Origin: an uncultured Acidobacteriota bacterium
Lineage (GTDB): Bacteria > Acidobacteriota > Terriglobia > Acidiferrales > UBA7541
Assembly: GCA_963704485.1 (NCBI GenBank)
Contig: OY969910.1
Span: forward strand, 3,176,138-3,240,137
Length of the DNA stretch: 64,000 bases
Direction of reading: 5' to 3'
Shown here: in pieces, positions 49,908-59,777 of the stretch
Layout of the letters: each line of letters opens with the position of its first letter
Numbering within the stretch: position 1 is the first letter of the stretch
Program-made: the position numbers and the translations under genes
Notes under the pieces: generated by a model
Told to the model about the DNA's origin: nothing
The model's database searches: none
The model's input: the letters and a program-made list of their open reading frames with translations, nothing else

Positions 49908-51386
49908 ATGAGCGCTTCGATCCCGAATCGACCCGGGAACACCGAGACCGCCACCCCGCGTGAATTTCCATACAAGAGATTACTGCTGGTAATTTTTCTC
50001 CTTTCACTTCCAGTTGTTAATCCCACTGTGCATGGCGATGGGGTGGGTTACTACGCATACGCCCGAGCGTTGTTGATTCAGCACAACCTGCGTTTCGAAG
50101 AAGACTGGCGGCGGGCAAACACACGATTTTCATCGGCCAGGGTGCAACAGGATGATCAACTGGCGGCTAGCGAATATACAGCCACCGGATACGTGGACAA
50201 TCATTTCACGGTGGGGCCGGCGATTCTCTGGGCTCCGTTTCTGATCATTGCGCACCTCGCCGTTCTGGCGGTGAACGCCCTGGGAGGGAAGATTCCGGCG
50301 GACGGATTTTCTGCACCTTACCTGGTGGCCATGGCCGTGGGAACCGCGGTCTGGGGTTTCCTAGGGCTGCTGCTATCGTTTCTTCTGGCCAGGAAGTATG
50401 TCAGGGCGCGTTGGGCATTTCTGGCGACGATGGGAATCTGGCTGGCCAGTTCGCTTCCGGTGTACATGTATTTCAACCCTTCGTGGTCGCATGCTCATTC
50501 GGCGTTCGCGGTGGCACTGTTCGTATGGTTCTGGGAACGCACCAGGAGTGGCCGTACACACGCGCAATGGATAGCCCTCGGCTTGATTGGCGGTTTGATG
50601 ATCGACGTATATTTCCCGAACGGAGTTTTTCTGGCGTTGCCGGCGATGGAAATGCTGATGGCACATTATTCGTGCTGGAAAACGTCGCCGCACCGGTCAC
50701 AACTGCAGCTGCTTTCAGGAGAAATAATATTCGGGGTTGCGATCATAGTTGCACTGATACCCACGTTCATTACCCGCTGGATTATTTATGGCGGGCTGTT
50801 TCGCTTCGGCTCGTATGCGCGTCAACCGTGGGATTGGAGCGCACCGCACTGGCGCCAGGTACTTTTTTCATCCGATCACGGGGCATTGAGTTGGACGCCG
50901 ATACTAGCGCTGTCGATTGTGGGCTTGCTGGTTGCGCCACGGAACGGGCGAATGATCGCGATGTACGTCGGCGCGTGTGCGGCAGCCTTTTACTACGTCG
51001 TCGCCAGTTACCCTTTCTGGGATGGACTGGCGTCCTTCGGAAACCGTTTTCTCATTTCGTTGACCGCGATTTTCGTTCTTGGGCTCGCATTGCTTTTCGA
51101 AAAAACCGGCAAACAGTTTCTCGACAGGGGCCGTGCGTTTGTGACAGCCGCAGCACTGGTCAGCCTCCTCGCGTTGTGGAACGCGGGGTTTATTTTTCAG
51201 TGGGGCGAGCATCTGATACCCGTGCGCGGTGACATTTCCTTTCGGGAAATGACGCATAATCAGGTGTTCGTGGTGCCACGGCAAATCGGTGCCCATCTTA
51301 GGACGTATCTCTTCAGCAGAAAATCGGAGATGCGCCGAATTGAAGAACGCGACATGGAGCAGCTTAAAGAGCATCCGCAACGCTGA
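49908..51386 (+). CDS. GT-C fold membrane glycosyltransferase (PMT/ArnT-like)
   Basis: DGVGYYAY in the first loop, about 11 TMs, FGNRF; follows the DPM1-like gene. Confidence 0.72.
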   Translation: MSASIPNRPGNTETATPREFPYKRLLLVIFLLSLPVVNPTVHGDGVGYYAYARALLIQHNLRFEEDWRRANTRFSSARVQQDDQLAASEYTATGYVDNHFTVGPAILWAPFLIIAHLAVLAVNALGGKIPADGFSAPYLVAMAVGTAVWGFLGLLLSFLLARKYVRARWAFLATMGIWLASSLPVYMYFNPSWSHAHSAFAVALFVWFWERTRSGRTHAQWIALGLIGGLMIDVYFPNGVFLALPAMEMLMAHYSCWKTSPHRSQLQLLSGEIIFGVAIIVALIPTFITRWIIYGGLFRFGSYARQPWDWSAPHWRQVLFSSDHGALSWTPILALSIVGLLVAPRNGRMIAMYVGACAAAFYYVVASYPFWDGLASFGNRFLISLTAIFVLGLALLFEKTGKQFLDRGRAFVTAAALVSLLALWNAGFIFQWGEHLIPVRGDISFREMTHNQVFVVPRQIGAHLRTYLFSRKSEMRRIEERDMEQLKEHPQR

Positions 51387-51479
51387 AATTGTGCCGATGG
51401 GGCACGCAGCAGAGTAACTGCTCAATTGAATCAAGGACATTTCTTATTTGCGTAAACGGCGGAGCTCAAAAATAAATAA

Positions 51480-52358
51480 ATGGCTTCGGTAACGACATCG
51501 CCGCCGGCAGCACGGCAGCACTCCGACGACCTCCATGCCCCCGCTATCGTGCGCATCGAACCACCGCACGGCTGGCTGGATTTGCGTTTGCGCGAGGTAT
51601 GGCGGTATCGGGAATTGTTATATTTTTTCGTGTGGCGCGACGTAAAGATTCGCTATAAACAGACGGCCATCGGGGTGGTTTGGGTGGTGCTGCAACCGCT
51701 GCTTACCATGCTGGTATTTACTTTATTTTTCGGACGCCTGGCCAAGCTTCCCTCGCTGGGGCTGCCTTACCCGGTCTTTTATTTTGCGGCGGTGGTGCCG
51801 TGGATGTATTTTGCCGGTGCGCTACAAACCTGCACCAACGTCGTGGTAGACAACCAGCGAGTGATCACCAAAGTTTTTTTCCCGCGGCTGATCCTGCCGA
51901 TTTCGGCGGTGGTTTCTGGATTGGTGGACTTCGCCATCGGCTTTGTTGTGCTGATGATTTTCACACTGGCGTACGGATTTCACCCGACGCTCGCAGCGCT
52001 GTGGTTGCCGGTACTTTTATTGTTGGCACTGCTGACGGCGCTGGGTGTCGGGCTGTGGACGTCGGCCCTGAACGCACTATATCGGGACGTCCGGTACGTC
52101 ATTCCGTTTCTAGTGCAATTCTGGATGCTGGCATCGCCGGTGGCCTATCCGAGCGCTCTGGTGCCCGAGCGCTGGCGCTGGCTATATGGATTGAATCCCA
52201 TGGCCGGGGTGATAGACGGATTTCGCTGGGCGCTCACCGGTCACGGGCAAGCGCCTGGCGTGTTGATGCTGGCGTCCGGTGCAGCGGTTGTGTTGCTGCT
52301 GACGGGCGGATTATTTTTCTTTCAGCGAATGGAAGGCGCCATCGCCGATCGGGTCTGA
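51480..52358 (+). CDS. wzm: Polysaccharide ABC transporter permease
   Basis: RDVKIRYKQT..G..W...QP, KVFFPR, YRDV, SPVAYP, NPM, ADRV. Confidence 0.93.
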   Translation: MASVTTSPPAARQHSDDLHAPAIVRIEPPHGWLDLRLREVWRYRELLYFFVWRDVKIRYKQTAIGVVWVVLQPLLTMLVFTLFFGRLAKLPSLGLPYPVFYFAAVVPWMYFAGALQTCTNVVVDNQRVITKVFFPRLILPISAVVSGLVDFAIGFVVLMIFTLAYGFHPTLAALWLPVLLLLALLTALGVGLWTSALNALYRDVRYVIPFLVQFWMLASPVAYPSALVPERWRWLYGLNPMAGVIDGFRWALTGHGQAPGVLMLASGAAVVLLLTGGLFFFQRMEGAIADRV

Positions 52359-52418
52359 ATCCCTCCGCCGTAAAAAATCGCATGCTATTTCGTCACGCCG
52401 AGCCGCCGCAGACTGCAT

Positions 52419-54209
52419 CTACCACTGCACGCCAGGGTACAGGCTAGGAATACGGAAACCGCGGTAGACGCTCTGCCCCGCCACTTGCATCTGCCAAACG
52501 GTTTGAGGTGGAGTGGTTTTAGTCACCTCGGTGACTCTCGGGAAGCCAACGACGGGCGCACACTCCGCAAATTCGATGTTACCGTTGGCCAACATGCGCG
52601 CTGAACCGCCGAAAACCGAAAATGCCGGCGCCAGGTTATCCACCCATTCAATGCTGGCGGTTTTTGCCGTTTCGTCCAGCTGCAAGAGCGGCACACGACT
52701 GAAACACGTGGGCGCTGTGCCGCAAACTGTGCCACTCGAATCCAATACGCGCTGATTTCCATTGTCGAAAAGCAGCACTTCGAAAATACCGCTGGAATTT
52801 GAACTCGCGATGTTCACGTCGTGTTGTGCGTAGAACCAATCCTGAGGGTCGGTCCCATTCTGGAGTGAGAAATCGCCCTGATACCCCAGTTTCCATAAGA
52901 TGTTCCCGCTTCCCTGACCGTCGTTGTAGTCGATTTTTATGGCCCAGTGCTGATGGCGGATGGAGACAATCAGGTTTTTGTCGTCAGGTGAATAGATCAC
53001 CGCGTTGCTGTGCGTCCAATCCGGGAAATTAATTGGATGGCGATTCAGATCGAGATGATCAAACTCCGACCACACCCATACCGGGTTATGATTTTCATCC
53101 AAGTCAATCAGTACATCGCCGTCTACGTTTATAGGTGTCGGAAAACCCACCAGACCGGATTCAGATTTGGTTTGAACTGCCAGCACAATGATGTGCCCGT
53201 TGGGCAGCACAGCGAAATCATGATGGGTGCCGGTGACCACGATATTACAGCCAGGGCAAGTTGCGGCCGCCAGCGCCTGATTCAGTTGTGCTGCGGTAAT
53301 CTGCCAGATCGTCTGTCCAGCCAGGTCTACTTCGCGCAGGACAGAATTGGCGCCCTCCGGCGCAGCCGCGGAAAAATTGATCAAGAAATGTCCATTCGCC
53401 AATAGCTTGACGGGATCAACAATTAGGCTGGCTAGTGCCGGTTCGGGATTGTATGACCAGATTATTTCGCCATTCAAATTCGTCACCAGCACTCCAGCTT
53501 TGGTGGTCCCCGGTACCAGGTCAAGGAGTTCCACACCACCCTGAGGAGTCGCCCCAGCCGTAGTGGTGGCCGTGATGGCAGGAACAACGGTCGCAGGCAA
53601 AGCTCCCGTTGCGAAGGTATGATCCACATCGTTAAACACGCTGCTGTCAGGAAATGTAAGCACGGCGCGCACGTGATAGGTGCTGCTCTGCTTCATGCCG
53701 GCCACCAGAATGGTGACCGCACCGCCTGTGGTCGAGGATTGCTGAGAAGTGGCCAGTCCGTAATTGGTGTCCGGCCCAAACTGAATACTGACGCTCGCGC
53801 CCGATGGCGGGGTGATGGTGTAACTAGCCACTTGTACATTGGCGGTTGCAGCCACGATTCCCGGCGCGATGACGGTAACGGCCGCAGAGGCGGATTTCGT
53901 GGGATCCTTTTTACTTGTCGCGGTAACTGTAGCAGTCGAATTGGCGGTTACAGCCGGGGCGGTGTAGTTGCCACTGCCGTCAATCGTTCCTACGGTAGAA
54001 TTGCCGCCCGCAGTTCCGTTCACGGACCACGTCACACCGGTCGTATCACCAGTAACACTAGCGGTGAACTGTGTGCTTTGGCTGGCGCCCACGGCTGCCG
54101 ATTGCGGGGTCACTGCGACGGTTACAGGCTGGGCCATTTGGCCGCCGCCGCAGCCGACAGCAAAGACCAGCCAGAACATCAGAAAGTTCAGTGAAAGGGA
54201 TTTTTTCAT
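52419..54209 (-). CDS. Arylsulfate sulfotransferase (ASST), lipoprotein with N-terminal Ig-like domains
   Basis: Lipobox AVGC; THHDF, DWTHSNAV, SIRHQ, WFYAQHD, FDNGN, YRGFR motifs. Confidence 0.88.
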   Translation of the reverse strand: MKKSLSLNFLMFWLVFAVGCGGGQMAQPVTVAVTPQSAAVGASQSTQFTASVTGDTTGVTWSVNGTAGGNSTVGTIDGSGNYTAPAVTANSTATVTATSKKDPTKSASAAVTVIAPGIVAATANVQVASYTITPPSGASVSIQFGPDTNYGLATSQQSSTTGGAVTILVAGMKQSSTYHVRAVLTFPDSSVFNDVDHTFATGALPATVVPAITATTTAGATPQGGVELLDLVPGTTKAGVLVTNLNGEIIWSYNPEPALASLIVDPVKLLANGHFLINFSAAAPEGANSVLREVDLAGQTIWQITAAQLNQALAAATCPGCNIVVTGTHHDFAVLPNGHIIVLAVQTKSESGLVGFPTPINVDGDVLIDLDENHNPVWVWSEFDHLDLNRHPINFPDWTHSNAVIYSPDDKNLIVSIRHQHWAIKIDYNDGQGSGNILWKLGYQGDFSLQNGTDPQDWFYAQHDVNIASSNSSGIFEVLLFDNGNQRVLDSSGTVCGTAPTCFSRVPLLQLDETAKTASIEWVDNLAPAFSVFGGSARMLANGNIEFAECAPVVGFPRVTEVTKTTPPQTVWQMQVAGQSVYRGFRIPSLYPGVQW

Positions 54210-54346
54210 CGGTATGGTCCCAGATCAGAGGATTTTTTTCTCGCCAAGAGGGCGGTTACGGGCGAACTACTAATAACACAACTGGTATGAGAAATCTCAT
54301 CAAAACGCCAGCATCGCAGGACGCGATAGAATAAACTGGACCCTAA

Positions 54347-55555
54347 ATGAACAGTGCGGCAATCGTCGGCCAGGACCTGGGAAAAAGATACAGGCGCGGC
54401 TTGAGCCATGGCGGGGGATTGCGACATTCTCTGGACTTATTTTTGCGCTCGCCGATGGCGGCGCTGCGTCGAGAGAAAGAGGAAACCTTCTGGGCGCTGC
54501 AAGGGGTTTCGCTGGAAATTCCTAAGGGAGAGGTTCTGGGGCTGGTTGGCCGAAATGGCGCCGGCAAGACCACGCTTCTGAAAATTCTTTCACGCATTAC
54601 CCGGCCCACCTCGGGATGGGCAGAGATACACGGGCGTGTTGGGAGCCTGTTGGAAGTGGGCACCGGTTTTCATCCTGAATTGACGGGCCGGGAAAATACT
54701 TTTTTGAGTGGCGCGATCCTGGGCATGGGCAAGCGGGAAATTGAACGTAAATTTGACGAGATCGTGGCGTTTGCGGAGCTTGAGAAATTTATCGATACTC
54801 CAGTCAAACACTACTCAAGCGGAATGTACGTGCGGTTGGCTTTCGCGGTAGCGGCGCATCTGGAACCGGAGATTTTGCTGGTGGACGAGGTGCTCGCCGT
54901 AGGCGATATCAATTTTCAGAAAAAATGTCTCGGTAAAATGGGAGACGTGGCCCGCGTGGGCCGCACCGTGGTGCTGGTCAGTCATCAGCTGAACCAGATA
55001 CGCCGACTATGCCACCGGGTCATCTGGATTGATGCGGGCCGCATTCGCATGGATGGCGCCACGCACCAGGTACTCGCCGCGTACGAGTCGGGGATGTCTA
55101 ATCGCGACACCTCCGCGGGTGCGAGTCGCGGCAGTGACGCCAAAGCGCAATTTTTGCACTGGCAAATCGCCGGTAACGACGGCGAAGAACTGCACACCCT
55201 TAGGAATCTGGATCCCGTAACGGTTTCATTTCAAGTGAAGATCACTGAAGGTGTGACTCAAGGCGAGCATGGCATCGCGCTGTTTAACGTGGATCGCCAA
55301 TTGCTCTGGGCTTATGCCGATACCAACGTTTCTCTAGGCCCGGGGGTGCACACGCTCTCGCACACTCTGCCAGGACTTCCGCTGAAGCCTGGCTCGTACA
55401 ACTGGCAGGTAAGCTTGTCCGAGGGCAAGCAGATGCTGGATGTTTGGGATTGTACGCCGGAGATGAACGTAGCCACGGAAGTCCATCAGCATTATCGCGA
55501 TGAGTGGAATGGCGTACTCAATCTGCCTGACAAATTTTCGACGCGACCGTCATGA
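54347..55555 (+). CDS. wzt: Polysaccharide ABC transporter ATPase with a C-terminal Wzt_C domain
   Basis: GRNGAGKTT, GFHPELTGREN, YSSGM, VDEVLAVGD, plus a C-terminal extension. Confidence 0.93.
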   Translation: MNSAAIVGQDLGKRYRRGLSHGGGLRHSLDLFLRSPMAALRREKEETFWALQGVSLEIPKGEVLGLVGRNGAGKTTLLKILSRITRPTSGWAEIHGRVGSLLEVGTGFHPELTGRENTFLSGAILGMGKREIERKFDEIVAFAELEKFIDTPVKHYSSGMYVRLAFAVAAHLEPEILLVDEVLAVGDINFQKKCLGKMGDVARVGRTVVLVSHQLNQIRRLCHRVIWIDAGRIRMDGATHQVLAAYESGMSNRDTSAGASRGSDAKAQFLHWQIAGNDGEELHTLRNLDPVTVSFQVKITEGVTQGEHGIALFNVDRQLLWAYADTNVSLGPGVHTLSHTLPGLPLKPGSYNWQVSLSEGKQMLDVWDCTPEMNVATEVHQHYRDEWNGVLNLPDKFSTRPS

Positions 55556-57138
55556 CCATCAGCGCTCCCGCCCAGTCCATCTTTGACCAGGAACACTACG
55601 TCCGGCACATCGCGGCCCGCGGGCAATTCATTAAGACCCTAATGCCCGAACTTAAAAAAGCTGTGCCGTTAGAGACGTCCTTGGACGCCGGCTGCGGTCT
55701 CGGGTTTTTCGCCGACCTGTTGCAAAAGTGCGGACTCCAGGTACGGGGATTTGACGGGCGTCAGAACAACATTGATGAAGCGCGCAGGCGCTATCCTCAA
55801 ATTGATTTCTCTGTCGGAGACATCGAGGAAAAGTCCATTGCGCAGCTGGGACGCGCCGACCTAGTGCTTTGCTTCGGGTTGCTGTATCACCTGGAGAATC
55901 CCTTGCGAGCCATACGGCATTTGCAAGCGTTGACCAGCAAAATACTGCTTCTTGAAACGATGTGCCTGCCGACTTCGGAGACCACTGCCTTGCTGCGGGT
56001 TGAACCCCATAGCGACGATCAAAGTTTGACGGACCTCGCGTTTTATCCCAGCGAAGGCTGCATCGTTAAAATGCTGTATCACGCGGGATTTAAATGCGTG
56101 TATCGGTGCGCTACCTTACCGGACCATGATGACTTTCGGGAGACAACCAGTCACACCCGTCGCCGGAACATTTTCGTTGCGAGTAACCAAGTCTTGGACA
56201 CGCCGGGGCTGGCATTGACGCCGGAACCGGTCGAACTTCAGAACCCGTGGCAAAAGTTTCCCTCCACCAGCCGCCGTCTGGGGCAATATCTGGCGCAGCC
56301 CACCAGTGCGAAATACCTAATTTTTGCCAAGAAGCTAAAACGCCGGCTACCCAGCATGATGGTTCCTATCCGGCTGCCTTTTGGATCCTGGTGGCTCGCG
56401 CGGAAAGATCATGTGAGCGGCCCAATTCTCGATGGGGATTTCGAAACCGGAGAGTTGGCATTCGTCTCGCGGTTTTTAAAACCAGGCATGACGGTGTTGG
56501 ACATCGGGGCCCACCATGGTCTGTATACGTTGCTGGCTTCCCGCCGCGTGGGCCACACGGGCAAGGTTGTGGCATTTGAACCGTCGCCGCGGGAGAGAAG
56601 AGCCCTGCGTTTGCATCTGAAAATAAACTCGTGCGCAAATGTTATGGTGCAATCGCAAGCCCTTAGCGATGAGAACACCGAAGGTACCTTGCACGTTGTG
56701 GAATCGTGGGCTGCTGGGTGCAACAGTCTCAGGCCGCCCGATGTTCCGGCGCAGACTTCTCCGGTGGAAGTAGAAGTGGCGCGGCTGGACGATTGGCTTG
56801 CGGAACACAAAGTCGAACAAGTGGATTTCATCAAGCTGGATGTGGAGGGTGCGGAGCTGGCGGTGCTTCTCGGAGCAAAAAACTTGCTGGGGCGGCGTCC
56901 CCGCCCGGTGATTCTTGCCGAGGTGCAAGACATCCGCGCCGCCGCTTGGCACTATGCGGCGCGCGATATTGTCACGATGCTCGAAGACCGCGACTACACC
57001 TGGTTTCAGGTTGCGGAGCGCGGCACCTTGCTGGAGATGGACACCAGGCGGCAGGCCTTCGATGTCAATATTGTGGCCATACCCAACGAACGCAAGGAAC
57101 TGGTATGGAGTCAAATCAATAGTGATGCTCGTGCGTGA
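55552..57138 (+). CDS. Tandem methyltransferase: class I domain fused to an FkbM domain
   Basis: LDAGCGLG...GLLYHLENP; LDIGAHHG...AFEP...KLDVEGAE. Confidence 0.85.
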   Translation: MTISAPAQSIFDQEHYVRHIAARGQFIKTLMPELKKAVPLETSLDAGCGLGFFADLLQKCGLQVRGFDGRQNNIDEARRRYPQIDFSVGDIEEKSIAQLGRADLVLCFGLLYHLENPLRAIRHLQALTSKILLLETMCLPTSETTALLRVEPHSDDQSLTDLAFYPSEGCIVKMLYHAGFKCVYRCATLPDHDDFRETTSHTRRRNIFVASNQVLDTPGLALTPEPVELQNPWQKFPSTSRRLGQYLAQPTSAKYLIFAKKLKRRLPSMMVPIRLPFGSWWLARKDHVSGPILDGDFETGELAFVSRFLKPGMTVLDIGAHHGLYTLLASRRVGHTGKVVAFEPSPRERRALRLHLKINSCANVMVQSQALSDENTEGTLHVVESWAAGCNSLRPPDVPAQTSPVEVEVARLDDWLAEHKVEQVDFIKLDVEGAELAVLLGAKNLLGRRPRPVILAEVQDIRAAAWHYAARDIVTMLEDRDYTWFQVAERGTLLEMDTRRQAFDVNIVAIPNERKELVWSQINSDARA

Positions 57139-57147
57139 AGGCTAGCC

Positions 57148-57888
57148 TTGTGGGCCAAAATGCTTCCGCTGCCATTAAGGCGAGCTGCCCGGCGATATAT
57201 CGAGCGGCGCGGTTTTATTCCCGCGTCCGCCGCTTTACCCAATCTAGACACCGTAATTTCCCGCAGGTCTGATGTAGTCGTTCAAACGGTGGTTGACGTG
57301 GGAGCTTCGAACGGGAGTTGGTCGCGGCAGCTTATGCGGCATTTCCCCCACGCTAATTACTTACTGGTGGAGGCTCAAGAGGCGGCGCACGGGCCAGCAC
57401 TTGAGAAATTTAAAAAGGCGCATCCCAACGTGCGAGTTGAGCTTTGCGCCGCGGGAAATCACGAAGGCGAAATCCAGTTCGACGCTTCCGATCCATTCTC
57501 AGGCGCGGCGTCCACCGAACCTTTCCCAAAAAATAACATTGTTGTGCCCATGGCGCGGCTCGACACTTTAGTAAAACGAACCGGATGGCCGGGACCCTAT
57601 TTGTTGAAGCTGGACACCCACGGTTTCGAAGTACCAATATTCGAAGGTGCGGCCGATATTTTGTCGCGAGCTTCCATGCTGGTCGTGGAAGCCTACAATT
57701 TCACGCTCTGTACCGGAGCCTTGAGATTTTATGAACTGGCGGCGTATCTGGAGGACCGCGGGTTTCAATGCGCAGACATTTTCGACCTGATGATTCGTCC
57801 CTCAGACCGGACATTGTGGCAGATGGACATGGTGTTTTTGCCAGCAGAGCATCAAGTCTTCCGGTCGAACGTGTATGAAACCCGATGA
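57148..57888 (+). CDS. FkbM family methyltransferase
   Basis: VDVGASNG, KLDTHGFE, WQMDMVF. Confidence 0.85.
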   Translation: MWAKMLPLPLRRAARRYIERRGFIPASAALPNLDTVISRRSDVVVQTVVDVGASNGSWSRQLMRHFPHANYLLVEAQEAAHGPALEKFKKAHPNVRVELCAAGNHEGEIQFDASDPFSGAASTEPFPKNNIVVPMARLDTLVKRTGWPGPYLLKLDTHGFEVPIFEGAADILSRASMLVVEAYNFTLCTGALRFYELAAYLEDRGFQCADIFDLMIRPSDRTLWQMDMVFLPAEHQVFRSNVYETR

Positions 57889-58834
57889 CACTGATAACCG
57901 CGGTGGAATTGTGGAAGCTCTAGAAAAAAGCGCTCAGGTGGCACGTGCTGCAAGTGGCCCGGCGGTGGAATGGCCGAGAATCACCTTGGTGACCGCGGTG
58001 CGCAATGGCGCGAAATATGTTGAGGACACTATCCGGTCGGTGGTGCAGCAGGGTTACCCGAATCTTGAATACATTGTGGTGGATGGCGCGTCGACTGACG
58101 GCACCCAGGAAATTATTGCGAAATACGAAGAGCACATTTCCTGGTGGGTCAGTCAGCCGGACAATGGTTTGTACGACGCACTCAATACCGGTTTCGCCCG
58201 ATCTTCCGGAGAAATTATGGGCTGGCTGAACGCCAGCGACATGCTGCACCCCGGTGGACTTGCCGTGGTGGGTTCGGTCTTCAAGACGCTTCCGCAAGTG
58301 CAATGGATTACCGGCCGGCCTACGCATTTCGGCGCAGATTCTTCAACAACCTCGGTCGGGCCCATTCCGCGGTGGTCTCGCAAGCGTTACCTGGCCGGCG
58401 CAAATCGTTACATTCAGCAAGAGTCCACCTATTGGCGCCGGGAACTCTGGGAACAGGCGGGACGGTGCGTGGACGCCAGCCGGCGCGACGCCAGCGATGC
58501 GGATCTTTGGGTGCGATTTTTTCGTCATGCTCAATTGCATGGCGTGGACTCGCTCATCGGCGGGTATCGTAAGCACGCCGATTCCATTGCCGCGCAGGAC
58601 TTGCCGGGCTACGATCGATCATTGGACGAAATCGTCTCGCGGGAAGTGCAGTCCTTGAAAGGCGAGCGCGTCCTGCGTGCCGTTCGCGCGCTGGGGGCAC
58701 GCGCCCAACGCCATCCCGCAATTGCGGCATGGTGGAATCGTGCAATTATCGGGCGGTTTTACGGTTGGCGAGGCGCCGATTGGCCGGCGGTAATCCGCAA
58801 TCGCGATGGAATATGGTGTTTGTCGAAAGACTGA
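57875..58834 (+). CDS. GT2 glycosyltransferase (WcaE-like)
   Basis: YPNLEYIVVDGASTDGT, DNGLYDALN, WLNASD, IQQESTYWRR. Confidence 0.9.
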   Translation: MKPDDTDNRGGIVEALEKSAQVARAASGPAVEWPRITLVTAVRNGAKYVEDTIRSVVQQGYPNLEYIVVDGASTDGTQEIIAKYEEHISWWVSQPDNGLYDALNTGFARSSGEIMGWLNASDMLHPGGLAVVGSVFKTLPQVQWITGRPTHFGADSSTTSVGPIPRWSRKRYLAGANRYIQQESTYWRRELWEQAGRCVDASRRDASDADLWVRFFRHAQLHGVDSLIGGYRKHADSIAAQDLPGYDRSLDEIVSREVQSLKGERVLRAVRALGARAQRHPAIAAWWNRAIIGRFYGWRGADWPAVIRNRDGIWCLSKD

Positions 58835-58862
58835 ATAGAATGGACGCTGCCTGGCAGGGATT

Positions 58863-59774
58863 TTGAGAAAGTTAAAACTGAAAGCACTCAGGTTTGCCGT
58901 GGCCACCGCAATTATTTTTGTTGCCCTGATGGCGGGGCGGCGACTCTCGTCCTTCGCGGGCGAGATCGGGCCGCTATCGTCCGTACAGCAGCAGAACGAC
59001 GAATCGGTGATTCGATTTATACGCGACCCTGATCCGGCGCCGGAGTTTTCTGTGAAGGGCCTGGACGGCAAGGCCTTGAATCTGGCATCGGCGCGGGGAA
59101 AAGTAGTGTTGCTGAATTTTTGGGCCACCTGGTGCGGACCGTGCCGCATGGAGGTTCCGGACCTTGTGGCGTTGCAAACGAAATATGGCGAGCGGCTGCA
59201 GGTCATCGGGCTGGTAGTTGACGATGAGGACGAAGCAGCCGTGCGCGCGTTCGCAAAGCGGTACGCCATCAATTATCCGATTGCAATGGCTACCAACGAG
59301 ATGCGTATTCGGTTTGGAGGCGTTCCCGCGCTGCCAACTTCTTTCATTATTGATGCTCAGGGACGCGTTGTTCAGAAACATATCGGGTTGCGCGATCCGG
59401 TGTTGTACGAAACGGAAATTCGGGCTCTGCTGCAATTGCCGATTAACGCGCGCGTGGAGACTTTCGAGGATACCGGCGAAGTATTTCTGTCGCATGCGAA
59501 TCGGGCCAGCGAACTTCCGGGCGTGGATATGAGCAGTCTAACGCCGGCGCAGAAAACTGTGGCGTTACGCCGCATGAATGAAGAGACCTGCACCTGCGGC
59601 TGCAAATACACGCTGGCGCAATGCCGGATTTTCGATTCCGCCTGCCACATAAGCAAAGAGCGCACCGGCAAAATTGTGGAGGAGAGCGCCTCTGGGACCG
59701 CGCCATCGCCCGCGCCGAGACAAGGCAGCGGCCCGGCGCAGCCTAATCCTCAGGCTCCTCCGACTCACCACTGA
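58863..59774 (+). CDS. TlpA-family redoxin fused to a C-terminal CxCxC Cys-rich domain
   Basis: GKVVLLNFWATWCGPC..E.P, LPTSF (cis-Pro); CTCGC...LAQC......C. Confidence 0.88.
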   Translation: MRKLKLKALRFAVATAIIFVALMAGRRLSSFAGEIGPLSSVQQQNDESVIRFIRDPDPAPEFSVKGLDGKALNLASARGKVVLLNFWATWCGPCRMEVPDLVALQTKYGERLQVIGLVVDDEDEAAVRAFAKRYAINYPIAMATNEMRIRFGGVPALPTSFIIDAQGRVVQKHIGLRDPVLYETEIRALLQLPINARVETFEDTGEVFLSHANRASELPGVDMSSLTPAQKTVALRRMNEETCTCGCKYTLAQCRIFDSACHISKERTGKIVEESASGTAPSPAPRQGSGPAQPNPQAPPTHH

Positions 59775-59777
59775 CAG

